Origin: a virus
Strand: one strand, 5' to 3'
DNA length: 64,000 nucleotides
Virus record (IMG/VR): IMGVR_UViG_3300040856_003829
Coordinates: 32,161-96,160 of that record
In this document: piece by piece, positions 7,525 to 17,411 of the stretch
How positions within the stretch are numbered: the stretch's first letter is position 1
How the letters are laid out: every line of letters begins with the position of its first letter
Position numbers and translations under genes: made by a program
Notes under the pieces: model-generated
The model's database searches: none
The model's input: only the letters and a program-made list of their open reading frames with translations
What the model was told of the DNA's origin: nothing

Positions 7525-10279
7525 TATAAAAAGAATACATGAAATAATGGGTGTTAATAAAAAAGTCATCGTTGAACAAGCATATATTGATGACTTATTA
7601 CAATTTCTTATTTCCAGAGGTGCTAGAAGTATTGATGAACTTGCACCTTTAATTACAAAGTTAGAAAATCAAGTTGCCGATGCGTCAACTTCAACCGCAG
7701 CAAAAAGAAAAACTTTAAATGATATTGTCACAACAGCTAAAAAGTTAAATAATACAGAACTGGTTGATGTGATAACAGCGCAAATATTGAAAGATCCTGG
7801 ATTTGTTTCGAAACTAGTCAACGATTTTTTCAGAAATGCAGAAGTGAAAAAATTCTTAGATGAAATGATAGGATCTGGATTTACTCCCGAAAGTGCTGCC
7901 GCTAGAATGGTAAATGAATTTGGAAATAAAGTATTAAGAACCCAATCTAAAGGTGAGGTACTTGACAATCAGATCTTAAGGGAAGTCAATAAACAAACTA
8001 GAGAAAGATTTGAAAAAAGAACCTCCGAACTAGCTAAAGCAACTGACGATACAACAACTCCAAAAGCTGACGAACCTGAAACTCCTTCACCTGAACCAAA
8101 TGTGTCTGAAAAAGATATCGCAGATATGGAGGATTTTACTGAAGAATCTTCGTGGGTTAATGTTCCATCTTATTCGGATGAAGAGATTGACCAATTATTA
8201 AAACAAGAGGGAGGTATCGGAGCAAGACTAAGGAACGTTTTTAAGGTACCATCAACTAAAGTTAAAGAAAGGGCGGAAAGATTATTACGTAATTCAAGAA
8301 AATTCGCTGAGACAAAAGATCCAACAATTAAAGCTAGACTCAGAAAAAAAATTAACGAGGATATTCTAAAATTAGCAGACGACCAGTCGTCTGCTTTGGA
8401 TGGTGTTAGAGAACAACTAGAACTTGTTATTGATCAAGCTCCAAGAGGAAGAGGAGGAACTATAGAAGATCCGGGAATTAGGTCTTTGGAAAAGTTATAT
8501 AACGACCTGAAAGGGGGTACAAACAATTTCAGAGATTTTTTAGGAATATCAAAATTACTTTATGGTGATAGATTTCCTACAACTTTAGTTTTGAAAGAAG
8601 CTTTCATGTCGAATACCTTTAGACCATTTCTCAAACAATTAAGATCTAGTTTAAAAGGCGTAAGTTTAGGTAGATCTAAAATTCTAGATACTACCATAAC
8701 AGGTTTTAAAGAATCTTTCCCTAGTGAAGCATGGTGGAAAAGAGCGGTGTATGGAGATTATAGAGGTGTACCAACACAAGATAATCCCGCATATGCTGAA
8801 CTTGTAAGGGCTGGTGGTAAAAAAGCTGCGAGAGCATCATTTTTGATTGCACTTTTAGGTAGACTAATCAAAATTAGAATTTTATATGCCTTTGCTGAGA
8901 CAATGAGAAATTCATTTGCTTTTTATGTTTCAGGTAAAGAAGGTAGGGACATTATAAATTCTTGTTTATCTTCCGGTAGAAATCCGGAAAATGAAGCTTG
9001 TAAAAAAATAGCAAATGATAAATCATTTTTACCTTGGTTAGCTTGGGCTATGGACATCATGGAAGAAGGTGAGTCTTCACCTTTTTTAAAAGAAATGTTA
9101 GAAGATTTTTTAGGGCAAAGTACTGATGATTTTAGTGGTGATTTAACGAGAGAAGTTATGAAAGGATCACCGACATTAATTGACGATTTGATTTATTATC
9201 TAAATGAAGTTAGGAAAGGGTTTCTAAATCAAGAAACTGCGGACAATATGGAAGACCGTTGGAATCAAACGGAAGAAGAATTAGAAGACGATTTAAGACA
9301 GGCTGAAAGAGAAATAGATCAAGAGATAGATAATGACACTCCTAGATCTTCTTCAGGATCATTTAATACAATCAGAACAAGCCCTGAACTACGTGGAATA
9401 ATTGGCGATATCGCGTCTGATCTAAGAATATCTGAAACTAGTAGTGAATTAAAAAATCTAGTGAATCAATATCTAAAAGTTGAAAACGGGAAAGTATACT
9501 TCAAATGTGGTGACTATAAAGGTGTATTGAGGCCTAGTGGTGGAAGATGGTATATGGACTTTGGAAGTGGAGGTAATTATAAATTTGGAGAAGGAGGAGA
9601 AAATAATTTAGCAACGGATTATTGTAGTCCTGTAAGTAGTTGGTCAGTAAATGAATCAAATGAAGGTTTAATTAATGTATTATTAGAACAAAGAACCGCA
9701 CCAGTACCAGGTACAGATGATTCTGAAAGTGCAACTGGAGATGGATCATCTGCAGAACCAACTCAACCTGATGATCCAACTCCACCAACACCAAGTAACC
9801 CAGATACTCCAGATACTGAAAGCAGTCGTTGTGTTGAAACGTTATCAGAAAGTTTTTTCTGTAAAAGATGTGAAAATGGAAACTCGATAAGTGAATGTGA
9901 TCAACTATGGGGTAATGATTTATATACTGGAAAATGTTTCGACTTTGATAAAAAGAAAATCTCAAATGAATTATCGAACAAAATGGCATGTAGGTTTGGT
10001 GATGACCCAAAATTCTCGGTAGGAAAATCACAACTACAAGAAGAAAATAATTTATTATACGTTTTAGGTGAGAAAAAAGACCAAGAAACAAAGGATGATT
10101 TACAACTTAAAAAAGTAGTAAATGGTGGAAATAGAGATTGGGTTTTTATGGAAAATGGACAGTGGTTAGATTTCTTCAACAAGTACCATGGTAATGTTTC
10201 TGAGTCTACCGATACTGTAAACAAAACTTTTTCAGGATTAGAAAATATTTTAGAAATTTACAGGAAAAACATAAACTAA
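7505..10279 (+). CDS. Large hypothetical protein, candidate internal/ejection protein
   Basis: 924 aa; KDNIKRIHEIMGV leader, helical body, Pro-rich linker, Cys-rich tail. Confidence 0.75.
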   Translation: MMKEKDNIKRIHEIMGVNKKVIVEQAYIDDLLQFLISRGARSIDELAPLITKLENQVADASTSTAAKRKTLNDIVTTAKKLNNTELVDVITAQILKDPGFVSKLVNDFFRNAEVKKFLDEMIGSGFTPESAAARMVNEFGNKVLRTQSKGEVLDNQILREVNKQTRERFEKRTSELAKATDDTTTPKADEPETPSPEPNVSEKDIADMEDFTEESSWVNVPSYSDEEIDQLLKQEGGIGARLRNVFKVPSTKVKERAERLLRNSRKFAETKDPTIKARLRKKINEDILKLADDQSSALDGVREQLELVIDQAPRGRGGTIEDPGIRSLEKLYNDLKGGTNNFRDFLGISKLLYGDRFPTTLVLKEAFMSNTFRPFLKQLRSSLKGVSLGRSKILDTTITGFKESFPSEAWWKRAVYGDYRGVPTQDNPAYAELVRAGGKKAARASFLIALLGRLIKIRILYAFAETMRNSFAFYVSGKEGRDIINSCLSSGRNPENEACKKIANDKSFLPWLAWAMDIMEEGESSPFLKEMLEDFLGQSTDDFSGDLTREVMKGSPTLIDDLIYYLNEVRKGFLNQETADNMEDRWNQTEEELEDDLRQAEREIDQEIDNDTPRSSSGSFNTIRTSPELRGIIGDIASDLRISETSSELKNLVNQYLKVENGKVYFKCGDYKGVLRPSGGRWYMDFGSGGNYKFGEGGENNLATDYCSPVSSWSVNESNEGLINVLLEQRTAPVPGTDDSESATGDGSSAEPTQPDDPTPPTPSNPDTPDTESSRCVETLSESFFCKRCENGNSISECDQLWGNDLYTGKCFDFDKKKISNELSNKMACRFGDDPKFSVGKSQLQEENNLLYVLGEKKDQETKDDLQLKKVVNGGNRDWVFMENGQWLDFFNKYHGNVSESTDTVNKTFSGLENILEIYRKNIN

Positions 10280-10315
10280 TTGATATTTATCAATAGTAAC
10301 AATCAAGTTATAGTT

Positions 10316-10942
10316 ATGGATTTAAAAAAGAAATTAAAGAAAAATCTATATCTTCTGAAGGAAGGAAAAGAGAGGTTCCTTATAGAAGAAAAAATTGTAA
10401 AATCACGATTAAACCTTTTACCTAAAAATGTCAACAAGAATTCAAAAATTCAAGTGACAGATGCATTCAATAAATTATTTGAAGAAATAAAATTCTACAA
10501 TTCAAATGATATAGGAATTCCATTTTTAAATGAAAATTTAGTTGATGTTTTAGGACAAATGTTCAATGAGGATAGTGATAAATTTTTGGATACAATAAAA
10601 GATAAACTTACCGACTTTTTAGTCTCGAAATTACAAGGGACCGATTTTGATCGGGAAGCTATCGAAATGGCAATAGGTGATACTGAATTGGATGATATAT
10701 CCAAGTTATTTACCGATACCAGATTCCTAGCCAAAAAATTAGCAGAAATCTACTCTACAAAATATAACGAAATGTCACTTGATCTTTCTAGTCTTTCAGG
10801 GCCGACAGTATCTAGTCAGATTTCAAGTGGGCAATCGGAACTCGAAGATAAAATTGTAGATCAACTTCGTCCAATCATGGGTGATATAAATTCCAAAATG
10901 GAATTGAAACTGAGCGATATCAGAGATGGTATCATATCATAA
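10316..10942 (+). CDS. Hypothetical protein
   Basis: Start moved to ATG 10316, downstream of ATATTTAT at 10283. Confidence 0.7.
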   Translation: MDLKKKLKKNLYLLKEGKERFLIEEKIVKSRLNLLPKNVNKNSKIQVTDAFNKLFEEIKFYNSNDIGIPFLNENLVDVLGQMFNEDSDKFLDTIKDKLTDFLVSKLQGTDFDREAIEMAIGDTELDDISKLFTDTRFLAKKLAEIYSTKYNEMSLDLSSLSGPTVSSQISSGQSELEDKIVDQLRPIMGDINSKMELKLSDIRDGIIS

Positions 10943-10977
10943 ACTTGAAAAATAAAAGGGGATAATCAAGTCTATTA

Positions 10978-11006
10978 AAGAAGGTGTCGAAAGACACCTT
11001 TTTTTT
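10978..11006. terminator. Bidirectional terminator
   Basis: AAGGTGTC-GAAA-GACACCTT followed by a T-tract, between convergent genes. Confidence 0.8.
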
Positions 11007-11508
11007 ATATACTATTGAAAGACTTTGTATAATTATTCCAAATAGACTCTACCTCATCATAAATTATATTCGAGAATATTGTGGGTTCTTTAGGTTTGTT
11101 AAGTAACTTCAAACCTGCTTCTTTGAGTGTCTTATTTCCTTTATATGTGTTACATCTGGAACAACACGTCACCATATTAACCCAGGTATTTTCACCCCCC
11201 TTAGATCTAGGAATTACATGGTCTATTGTTAGATTCTTCTTAGTTCCACAATATTGACATGTATTTTTATCTCTCTTGAATATTCTTCTACGATTCACCC
11301 TTAGACCTTCTCTTCTGAATCTTATATAGTTTAGTAACCTTATAATCACTGGTCTCACAAAATTACCCACTGATGTTACTATATCATTTTCCCCTTTTTT
11401 TACTACCTCAGCTTTACCTTTATCTACAAGTACAAAACCTCTGTGTAATGACGTAATGTTTAATGGTGAAAAATCTGCATTTAATACTAATACTAAATTA
11501 TTTCTCAT
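11005..11508 (-). CDS. HNH endonuclease (McrA-like)
   Basis: VLVLNADFSP...IFKRDKNTCQYCG...TIDHVIPRSKGGENTWVNMVTCCSRCNTYKGN. Confidence 0.9.
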   Translation of the reverse strand: MRNNLVLVLNADFSPLNITSLHRGFVLVDKGKAEVVKKGENDIVTSVGNFVRPVIIRLLNYIRFRREGLRVNRRRIFKRDKNTCQYCGTKKNLTIDHVIPRSKGGENTWVNMVTCCSRCNTYKGNKTLKEAGLKLLNKPKEPTIFSNIIYDEVESIWNNYTKSFNSI

Positions 11509-11549
11509 AATCCCCTTTTTTAAATAAATATTTTTTTAAACTATAAAAA

Positions 11550-11579
11550 AAAAGATCGACTTTTTCAAGTCGATCTTTT
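11550..11579 (-). terminator. Terminator downstream of the tmRNA
   Basis: AAAAGATCGACTT-TTTC-AAGTCGATCTTTT hairpin with a long T-tract on the minus strand. Confidence 0.75.
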
Positions 11580-11580
11580 G

Positions 11581-11966
11581 TGGAGATGCTGGGCCTCGAA
11601 CCCAGGTCCTGATTGTCCCAAACAGAAAGGACTACACGTTTAGGTCATTATTGATTCTCAACAATCCGAAATAGGTGATTGAATTTTTACATCCTCCGTC
11701 ACCAATAGATGTATGACTCAATTTAGGGTTTAGTCATTTCTCCACCACAACAACGGACTTCTGTTCATAGGTACATGTCCTGACCGACCCGCTGGATACG
11801 TCGCCTTAGGCTGCGTATACCTCTTCAGTACGGATCAAACCGAGAGTCTGAAGTTTTGCGAAAGTTTCGCCATTTGTGTTTTGAAACCGTGGATTAAAGT
11901 GATAGGTAACCTCTCACTACGTGCCCTTTGTGACTGATGACACCAGTCAAATCCATAATCATCCCC
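11581..11966 (-). ncRNA. ssrA: tmRNA (transfer-messenger RNA), 386 nt
   Basis: 5' GGGGATGATTATGGATTTGAC; 3' CTGGGTTCGAGGCCCAGCATCTCCA with T-arm; acceptor stem GGGGATG/CATCTCC has the G3-U alanine wobble; internal tag frame ends in GCA GCC TAA. Confidence 0.93.
11806..11871 (-). other. tmRNA tag reading frame (A)GETFAKLQTLGLIRTEEVYAA*
   Basis: AAAT-GGC GAA resume context as in Bacteroidota tags (GENNYALAA type); ends YAA-stop. Confidence 0.8.
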
Positions 11967-11998
11967 ATATGTAAAGAACTTATTGATAAGTATCTTTC

Positions 11999-13042
11999 TT
12001 ATTCTTCATAATCAACAAACCGTTCCTCGATCAAATCCAAAAGTCGATCGATATCATTCGGTGACAGAGTTACTCCATCACCAGTAAGTTCATTTTCGAT
12101 CACCAGATTGTTACCCATATAATACATGTCCACCTCATATTCGTCAAGTTCATCATCAGAATTGTCTTCTTCATTGTTCTGGAACAAATCGAAGAAAGAG
12201 CTAGACATTGGGTTACGATACTCAAAATCATATTTCACATATCCCAATCGGTTAACAATCTCTTTTGCCATATAAAATGCATTCTCTACGTCTTCCAATA
12301 CAACAAACTCTTGGACAGAATGCATATTATAGTAACCACATGAGAGGTTGATGCAAGAAAAGTCTCCTTTTCTTTTGATTTGTGACACATCCGTGTAAGG
12401 ATGGGACTGAAGCATGGGATCAGTTTTCATGTACTTTGTAAAAACTGGGATAATTTTATTAATAAATTCACCATCCCGATCAAACAATCTAACACCTGAA
12501 CAAACTTCCGTAATAAGGTGATTTCCGGGAGCATCAAACTGAATCGCATATCCTACATCTTTGAGAAACTCTTCATCACATTGCTGAGAACCGTGACAAC
12601 CAGTTTCCTCTGATACGAATAAACCGATCTTTACTTTCGGAAGTTCCATCAGGAGTTCGAGACACAAAAAGATCCCACACTTGTCATCTCCACCAATACC
12701 TGTTGGAAGTCCGCCCGTAGTGTATGCCTTATATGACGCATACGTCTGATTACCAAATGACTTACCAAAGGTAGTTGGTTTCGAAAGAAATTCATCTTTG
12801 ACAACGATTTCTTTCTGAATATCGTGAACTGTATCTGTATGTGCGATGAACATTGGGTAGTATTCACCTTGATCCAGAACACCTTTCGTGACATAGATAT
12901 TTCCCATATGATCAGTTTCAAAATTGACATTTGGGATCTTAGTCAAAAAGTTAACAACATAATCGATCATCATTTCCTCCCTATAAGTTTTGGTTGGGAC
13001 ACTCAAGAGGTTTTTAAAACGATTTGCCTTTTCGATATTCAT
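11999..13042 (-). CDS. M20/M28/M42-clan zinc peptidase
   Basis: AHTDTVH, GGDDKCG, SEETGCHGS, QFD and YYNMH metal-binding motifs. Confidence 0.88.
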   Translation of the reverse strand: MNIEKANRFKNLLSVPTKTYREEMMIDYVVNFLTKIPNVNFETDHMGNIYVTKGVLDQGEYYPMFIAHTDTVHDIQKEIVVKDEFLSKPTTFGKSFGNQTYASYKAYTTGGLPTGIGGDDKCGIFLCLELLMELPKVKIGLFVSEETGCHGSQQCDEEFLKDVGYAIQFDAPGNHLITEVCSGVRLFDRDGEFINKIIPVFTKYMKTDPMLQSHPYTDVSQIKRKGDFSCINLSCGYYNMHSVQEFVVLEDVENAFYMAKEIVNRLGYVKYDFEYRNPMSSSFFDLFQNNEEDNSDDELDEYEVDMYYMGNNLVIENELTGDGVTLSPNDIDRLLDLIEERFVDYEE

Positions 13043-13057
13043 AGTTAATTATTTCTA

Positions 13058-13089
13058 CAAATATAGAACAAAAAGTCCAAGTAAACAAA
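13058..13089 (-). promoter_or_regulatory. Bacteroidota housekeeping-sigma promoter (-33 TTTG, 20 nt, -7 TATATTTG) for the peptidase
   Basis: Exact match to TTTG-N19-21-TAnnTTTG, 15 nt upstream of the ATG. Confidence 0.7.
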
Positions 13090-13090
13090 C

Positions 13091-15106
13091 TTACTTGGAC
13101 TTTTTTATAAATAACTTTTCTTCTTTGTCTATATCAAGTAGATATTTTAAATTCTCTTTGATATTACCTCTAAGGACTTCTTCAGATATTAAATCTTCAA
13201 TCTTTTCTTGAATTGCTCTTTTAATAGGTCTAGCCCCGAACTTCTCATCAAAACCTATTTTTTGTATGTATGATTTAACTTCATCTGAGACCTCAACGTT
13301 GTAGTTCAAAGAATCCAATCTTTCATTCAACTTATATAATTCAATAGATACAATCCTATTAACTTCATTTTCTTTCAGTTGGTTAAATATAATAATTTCA
13401 TCTACCCTATTCAAAAACTCAGGTGTAAAGTAATTTTTAAGTTCTTTTCTTAACAAAGATTTCTTAATTTCTTCGTTATTACTCATTCTGTTTTTTGTAT
13501 CAAAACCAACACCTACTCCAAAATCTTGTAATTTCTTCACACCTAAATTAGAAGTCATAATAATCAAACAATTCTTGAAATTAATCTTACGACCAAAACT
13601 ATCAGTCAAATGACCATCATCAAGTAATTGTAATAGTAGTGAAAAGATGTCCTTATTTGCTTTTTCAATCTCGTCAAATAATACAACAGAATATGGTTTA
13701 TTCTTTACCGCCTCAGTTAACTGACCTCCATCATTGTGACCAACATATCCTGGAGGAGATCCGATCAATCTACTCATTGAGTGTTTTTCTTGATATTCAG
13801 ACATATCAACTCTTATAAGACAATCTTCAGATCCAAAAATCTCTTTAGCCAATTGTTTCGCCAAATAAGTTTTACCAATACCAGTAGAACCTAAGAATAT
13901 AAATGAACCTATTGGTCTATTAGGGTCTTTGATACCAATTCTATTTCTCCTAATCGCCTTAGAAATCTTTTCAACAGCCTGTTCTTGACCAATAACCTTA
14001 TTATTAAGATTTTCTTCCAAATTCAACAAACCTTTTTTGTCATCAGCGGTAAGTTTCGAAATTGGTATTTTAGTCATGTTAGATACAACATCATAAACCA
14101 TCTCTTCAGTAATTGGTTTTCTAGTTGTATTTTTTTCCTCTTCGAATTCTTTCTTTTCTTGTTCGAGTTTACGTAATATTTTACGTTCTTTATCTCTTAA
14201 TTCAGCAGCTTCTTCATACTTCTGACTTTTGACAACTTCAATTTTTTGTTTTTTAATCTCTTTGGAATCGAGTTTAAGTTTCTCTATACTTTCAGGATAT
14301 TTGACATTTATCTGTGCTCTTGCACCGACTTCATCTAATATATCAATAGCCTTATCTGGAAATTCTCTATCAGTTATGTATCTGTCCGCCAAAGAAACAC
14401 AAGCTTGAATAGACTCATCAGTATAAATAACTTTGTGGTGGTACTCATATTTGTCCTTCAAATTATTCAAAATCTCTAAAGTTTCTTCAGGAGTTGATCC
14501 ATCAACCATAATCTTTTGAAATCTTCTTTCTAATGCACCATCCTTTTCGATATTTTCACGATACTCATCCAAAGTTGTCGCACCGATACACTGCAATTCA
14601 CCTCTAGCTAATGCAGGTTTGAATATATTTGATGCATCCAAAGAACCAGAAGTATTACCAGCACCTATGATGGTGTGAATCTCATCAATAAAAATTATAA
14701 TATCATCAGCATTTTGTAATTCTTCTAAAATTACTTTTAATCTTTCCTCAAATTGACCCCTGTATTTTGTACCAGCAACAATAGAAGTCATATCAAGAGA
14801 TAATATTCTTTTTTCTGTTAGACTCTGAGGACACTCACCATTAAGTATTTTCATCGCTAAACCTTCAACAATCGCAGTCTTACCGCATCCTGGTTCACCA
14901 ATTATAATTGGATTATTCTTTTTACGTCTCGAGAGTACTTGAGCAATTCTTGTAATTTCTCTATCTCTACCAATTACGGGATCTAATTTTCCTTCTTCAG
15001 CTAACTTAATTAAGTCCCGTGAAAAGTTATCTAAAACTGGTGTATTCGAATTAGTATTACTACTTTCTTTTTCACTTTTTTCATTTGGGTCAATCGACTC
15101 TATCAT
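13091..15106 (-). CDS. clpC: ClpC-like AAA+ unfoldase lacking the N-terminal Clp-repeat domain
   Basis: Two AAA modules ([13 protein letters not shown]; [15 protein letters not shown]), GTKYRG and GYVG pore loops, UVR-type short middle coiled coil ([11 protein letters not shown]), GVGF ClpP-docking loop. Confidence 0.9.
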   Translation of the reverse strand: MIESIDPNEKSEKESSNTNSNTPVLDNFSRDLIKLAEEGKLDPVIGRDREITRIAQVLSRRKKNNPIIIGEPGCGKTAIVEGLAMKILNGECPQSLTEKRILSLDMTSIVAGTKYRGQFEERLKVILEELQNADDIIIFIDEIHTIIGAGNTSGSLDASNIFKPALARGELQCIGATTLDEYRENIEKDGALERRFQKIMVDGSTPEETLEILNNLKDKYEYHHKVIYTDESIQACVSLADRYITDREFPDKAIDILDEVGARAQINVKYPESIEKLKLDSKEIKKQKIEVVKSQKYEEAAELRDKERKILRKLEQEKKEFEEEKNTTRKPITEEMVYDVVSNMTKIPISKLTADDKKGLLNLEENLNNKVIGQEQAVEKISKAIRRNRIGIKDPNRPIGSFIFLGSTGIGKTYLAKQLAKEIFGSEDCLIRVDMSEYQEKHSMSRLIGSPPGYVGHNDGGQLTEAVKNKPYSVVLFDEIEKANKDIFSLLLQLLDDGHLTDSFGRKINFKNCLIIMTSNLGVKKLQDFGVGVGFDTKNRMSNNEEIKKSLLRKELKNYFTPEFLNRVDEIIIFNQLKENEVNRIVSIELYKLNERLDSLNYNVEVSDEVKSYIQKIGFDEKFGARPIKRAIQEKIEDLISEEVLRGNIKENLKYLLDIDKEEKLFIKKSK

Positions 15107-15189
15107 ATCCTTGGTTTTTAGTTAAAGATAAATGAATTTGGTATATAATCAATTTAATTCTCAATTTGTCAGGGTATTTTATTTGCGCA

Positions 15190-15202
15190 TGACAAAATGT
15201 CA
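15190..15202. promoter_or_regulatory. Palindromic operator candidate TGACA-AAA-TGTCA between the divergent clpC and hsp20 genes
   Basis: Perfect inverted repeat, with an extra TGTCA half-site at 15167-15171. Confidence 0.45.
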
Positions 15203-15268
15203 GTAAATTATCAAAAGGTACAATTTTTACTATATCAGAGGTAAATAAAAAATAAATTTAATAAAATT

Positions 15269-15646
15269 ATGAAAAGTTTAATTTTAAATTCTAAAACTCT
15301 ATTCGATTCGATCTTTGATGATCCTTACTTCTTTAATGAAGATAAACAAAATACCGATTATATTGTAAAAAATGAAGAGGGTTATTTTTTTGAGTCATTC
15401 CTTCCCGGGATGAATAAAAAAAATCTTACCATTGAAATTGATGATGATATAGTGTCGATCATAGGTGATTATAATAGTAAAAATGAAATAACCTCAGATA
15501 TGTCCTATTCATATACAAAAAAATATAAAGTTCCCATAGATGTGGACCAATCACAAATAAGTGCTAACATAAAAGATGGAATACTTAGAATTAAGTTTCC
15601 GTATTCAGAAATAAAAAAGAAAAAGAAACGTGTGGTCACACTCTAA
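15269..15646 (+). CDS. Small heat shock protein (Hsp20/alpha-crystallin)
   Basis: LPGMNKKNLTIEI...VDQSQISANIKDGILRIKFP. Confidence 0.88.
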   Translation: MKSLILNSKTLFDSIFDDPYFFNEDKQNTDYIVKNEEGYFFESFLPGMNKKNLTIEIDDDIVSIIGDYNSKNEITSDMSYSYTKKYKVPIDVDQSQISANIKDGILRIKFPYSEIKKKKKRVVTL

Positions 15647-15649
15647 ATT

Positions 15650-15675
15650 AAACACCCTTCGGGGTGTTTTTTTTT
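15650..15675 (+). terminator. Rho-independent terminator
   Basis: AAACACCC-TTCG-GGGTGTTT followed by a T-tract. Confidence 0.85.
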
Positions 15676-15707
15676 CTCATGATATTTATAACAAAACATC
15701 AGTAATT

Positions 15708-16190
15708 ATGTACAACAAAATTTTAAATGAAATCAAGGAAATTAAGCATATGATGGGTCTGACAGAATCCGAAGTCGATGAACAAGTTTTTCAGACAGCA
15801 ATGTCAGCAATAAAAAAAGGTTCAGATAAGGCTAAAGAAACTTTAAAAAAAGGATCGAATAAAATCAAAGACTTGATCAATAAATCTGACGAAGATACTG
15901 GAGTAGATGATTTAGGTGACTACAATGGAAAACCTATATCAGAAATTTTGGAAGAGATAAAAGAAAAGATAAAAGAAGAGAATGAAGATTTCGGTACAAT
16001 TGATGTAAATGGAGAAACACTTCAATTTGGTGTTGGTGAGAGTATGAGTCAAGCTACTTCATCAAAAATAGCTAATGATAATGCTGACAAATCATTTGGA
16101 AGAAAAGGGAATTACGCAACAGAAATTAAAAAAGTATTTTTAGTAGGAAACAACTATATAACATATATTTTAAAGAAAAAACTTTCATAA
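15708..16190 (+). CDS. Hypothetical protein, probable head-internal
   Basis: Start moved to ATG 15708; MYNKILNEIKEIKHMMGL leader; ATATTTAT at 15682. Confidence 0.7.
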   Translation: MYNKILNEIKEIKHMMGLTESEVDEQVFQTAMSAIKKGSDKAKETLKKGSNKIKDLINKSDEDTGVDDLGDYNGKPISEILEEIKEKIKEENEDFGTIDVNGETLQFGVGESMSQATSSKIANDNADKSFGRKGNYATEIKKVFLVGNNYITYILKKKLS

Positions 16191-16441
16191 TGTCGATAAA
16201 ATCAGAAAAAATTGAAGGAAAGAAAATTATATGTGAAATAGATTCATCCAACTTGATGAAAGCAATCTATGATACATTATCTAAAACACTCACCGTCACT
16301 TTCAAAAATGGAAATGAATATGAGTATTATAAAGTACCTCACCAAGTATTTACTAAATTGAGAATGGCAGAATCACAGGGAAGATTCTTTAACTATGAAA
16401 TATCGAAAGAATATAAATACAAAAAGATTTCTATGAATTGA
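16190..16441 (+). CDS. KTSC domain protein
   Basis: DSSNL...YD.....LTVTFKNG..YEY..VP......L..AESQGRFFN..I. Confidence 0.88.
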   Translation: MSIKSEKIEGKKIICEIDSSNLMKAIYDTLSKTLTVTFKNGNEYEYYKVPHQVFTKLRMAESQGRFFNYEISKEYKYKKISMN

Positions 16442-17169
16442 TGGAGACTAATACAAAAATATTAAGTTCATTCAAAGTTAAAGACAAAATGAATGATGAA
16501 ATCTGGGATCTAAGTAAGAAAACCCCAACGATGCATTCTGATGTAAGAAATTCTTTATTAGATATTGCTGAAAATTTCATTTCATTCTTAGGGTTTGATA
16601 TTTTTGTTCAAGACATTACAATGACAGGGTCTTTAGCAAACTATAACTGGTCATCATTTTCAGATATTGATTTACATATAATATTCAATTACAAAGATGC
16701 TGGAGAACAGGAAGAAATATTCAAGGATCTTTTTAAGTTGAAAAAGACTGTATATAATTCAACTCATGATATAACAGTTAAAGGATATGAAGTTGAATTA
16801 TATGTTCAGGATTCAAACGAACCACATTTTTCTACTGGTGTATATTCTGTACTGTATAATAGTTGGATCGAGAAACCTGAAAGAGAATCAGTAAAAATTC
16901 AATATGAAAAAATCTTAGAAAAATCACAATTGTGGATGGATAAAATTGACAACTTAATTGAAAATTATGAAGATAATGATTTAGATCAAGTTTTGAAATC
17001 AATTGATAATCTAAAAACAAAATTAAAAGATTTTAGAGGTTCTGGTTTAGAGGATGGTGGTGAATATTCTTATGAAAATCTCACGTTTAAGTTTTTAAGA
17101 AGAAATGGATATATTGATAAATTATTCGATTTTAGTAATCAAATAACCGATAAATCACTTTCTTTGTGA
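16441..17169 (+). CDS. Pol-beta-superfamily nucleotidyltransferase
   Basis: TGSLANYNWSSFSDIDLHII (GS...DxD) with a third carboxylate in EVELYVQ. Confidence 0.8.
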   Translation: METNTKILSSFKVKDKMNDEIWDLSKKTPTMHSDVRNSLLDIAENFISFLGFDIFVQDITMTGSLANYNWSSFSDIDLHIIFNYKDAGEQEEIFKDLFKLKKTVYNSTHDITVKGYEVELYVQDSNEPHFSTGVYSVLYNSWIEKPERESVKIQYEKILEKSQLWMDKIDNLIENYEDNDLDQVLKSIDNLKTKLKDFRGSGLEDGGEYSYENLTFKFLRRNGYIDKLFDFSNQITDKSLSL

Positions 17170-17210
17170 TAATTACATAAAAACTACATATTTATTAATA
17201 AAATAATATA

Positions 17211-17393
17211 ATGACCGCTTATACCGCATGTACAGTTGTTAACGAAGCAAAAGTTCCTCCAATTACTGGTGGGACACGTCAGGATGTTGAACATGCTATT
17301 TTTAGAACCTGGGTCTATGACAATGACTCATCGGGCGATACAAGATCACAATGTGCAACAGTTCGACTAGGACCAGACGGATTACAAAATTAA
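17211..17393 (+). CDS. Small hypothetical protein, possibly virion
   Basis: 60 aa ORF after ATATTTAT at 17188. Confidence 0.55.
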   Translation: MTAYTACTVVNEAKVPPITGGTRQDVEHAIFRTWVYDNDSSGDTRSQCATVRLGPDGLQN

Positions 17394-17411
17394 AATAAAA
17401 AAATTTAGAAA

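Noticed and set aside
11005-11508. HNH gene as a mobile homing element
   Set aside because: Free-standing McrA-like gene with its own promoter motif and terminator; no interrupted gene or flanking repeats
11581-11612. Possible tRNA gene (T-arm GGTTCGAG)
   Set aside because: The matching 5' acceptor strand is about 385 nt away with a tag frame between them, so this is tmRNA
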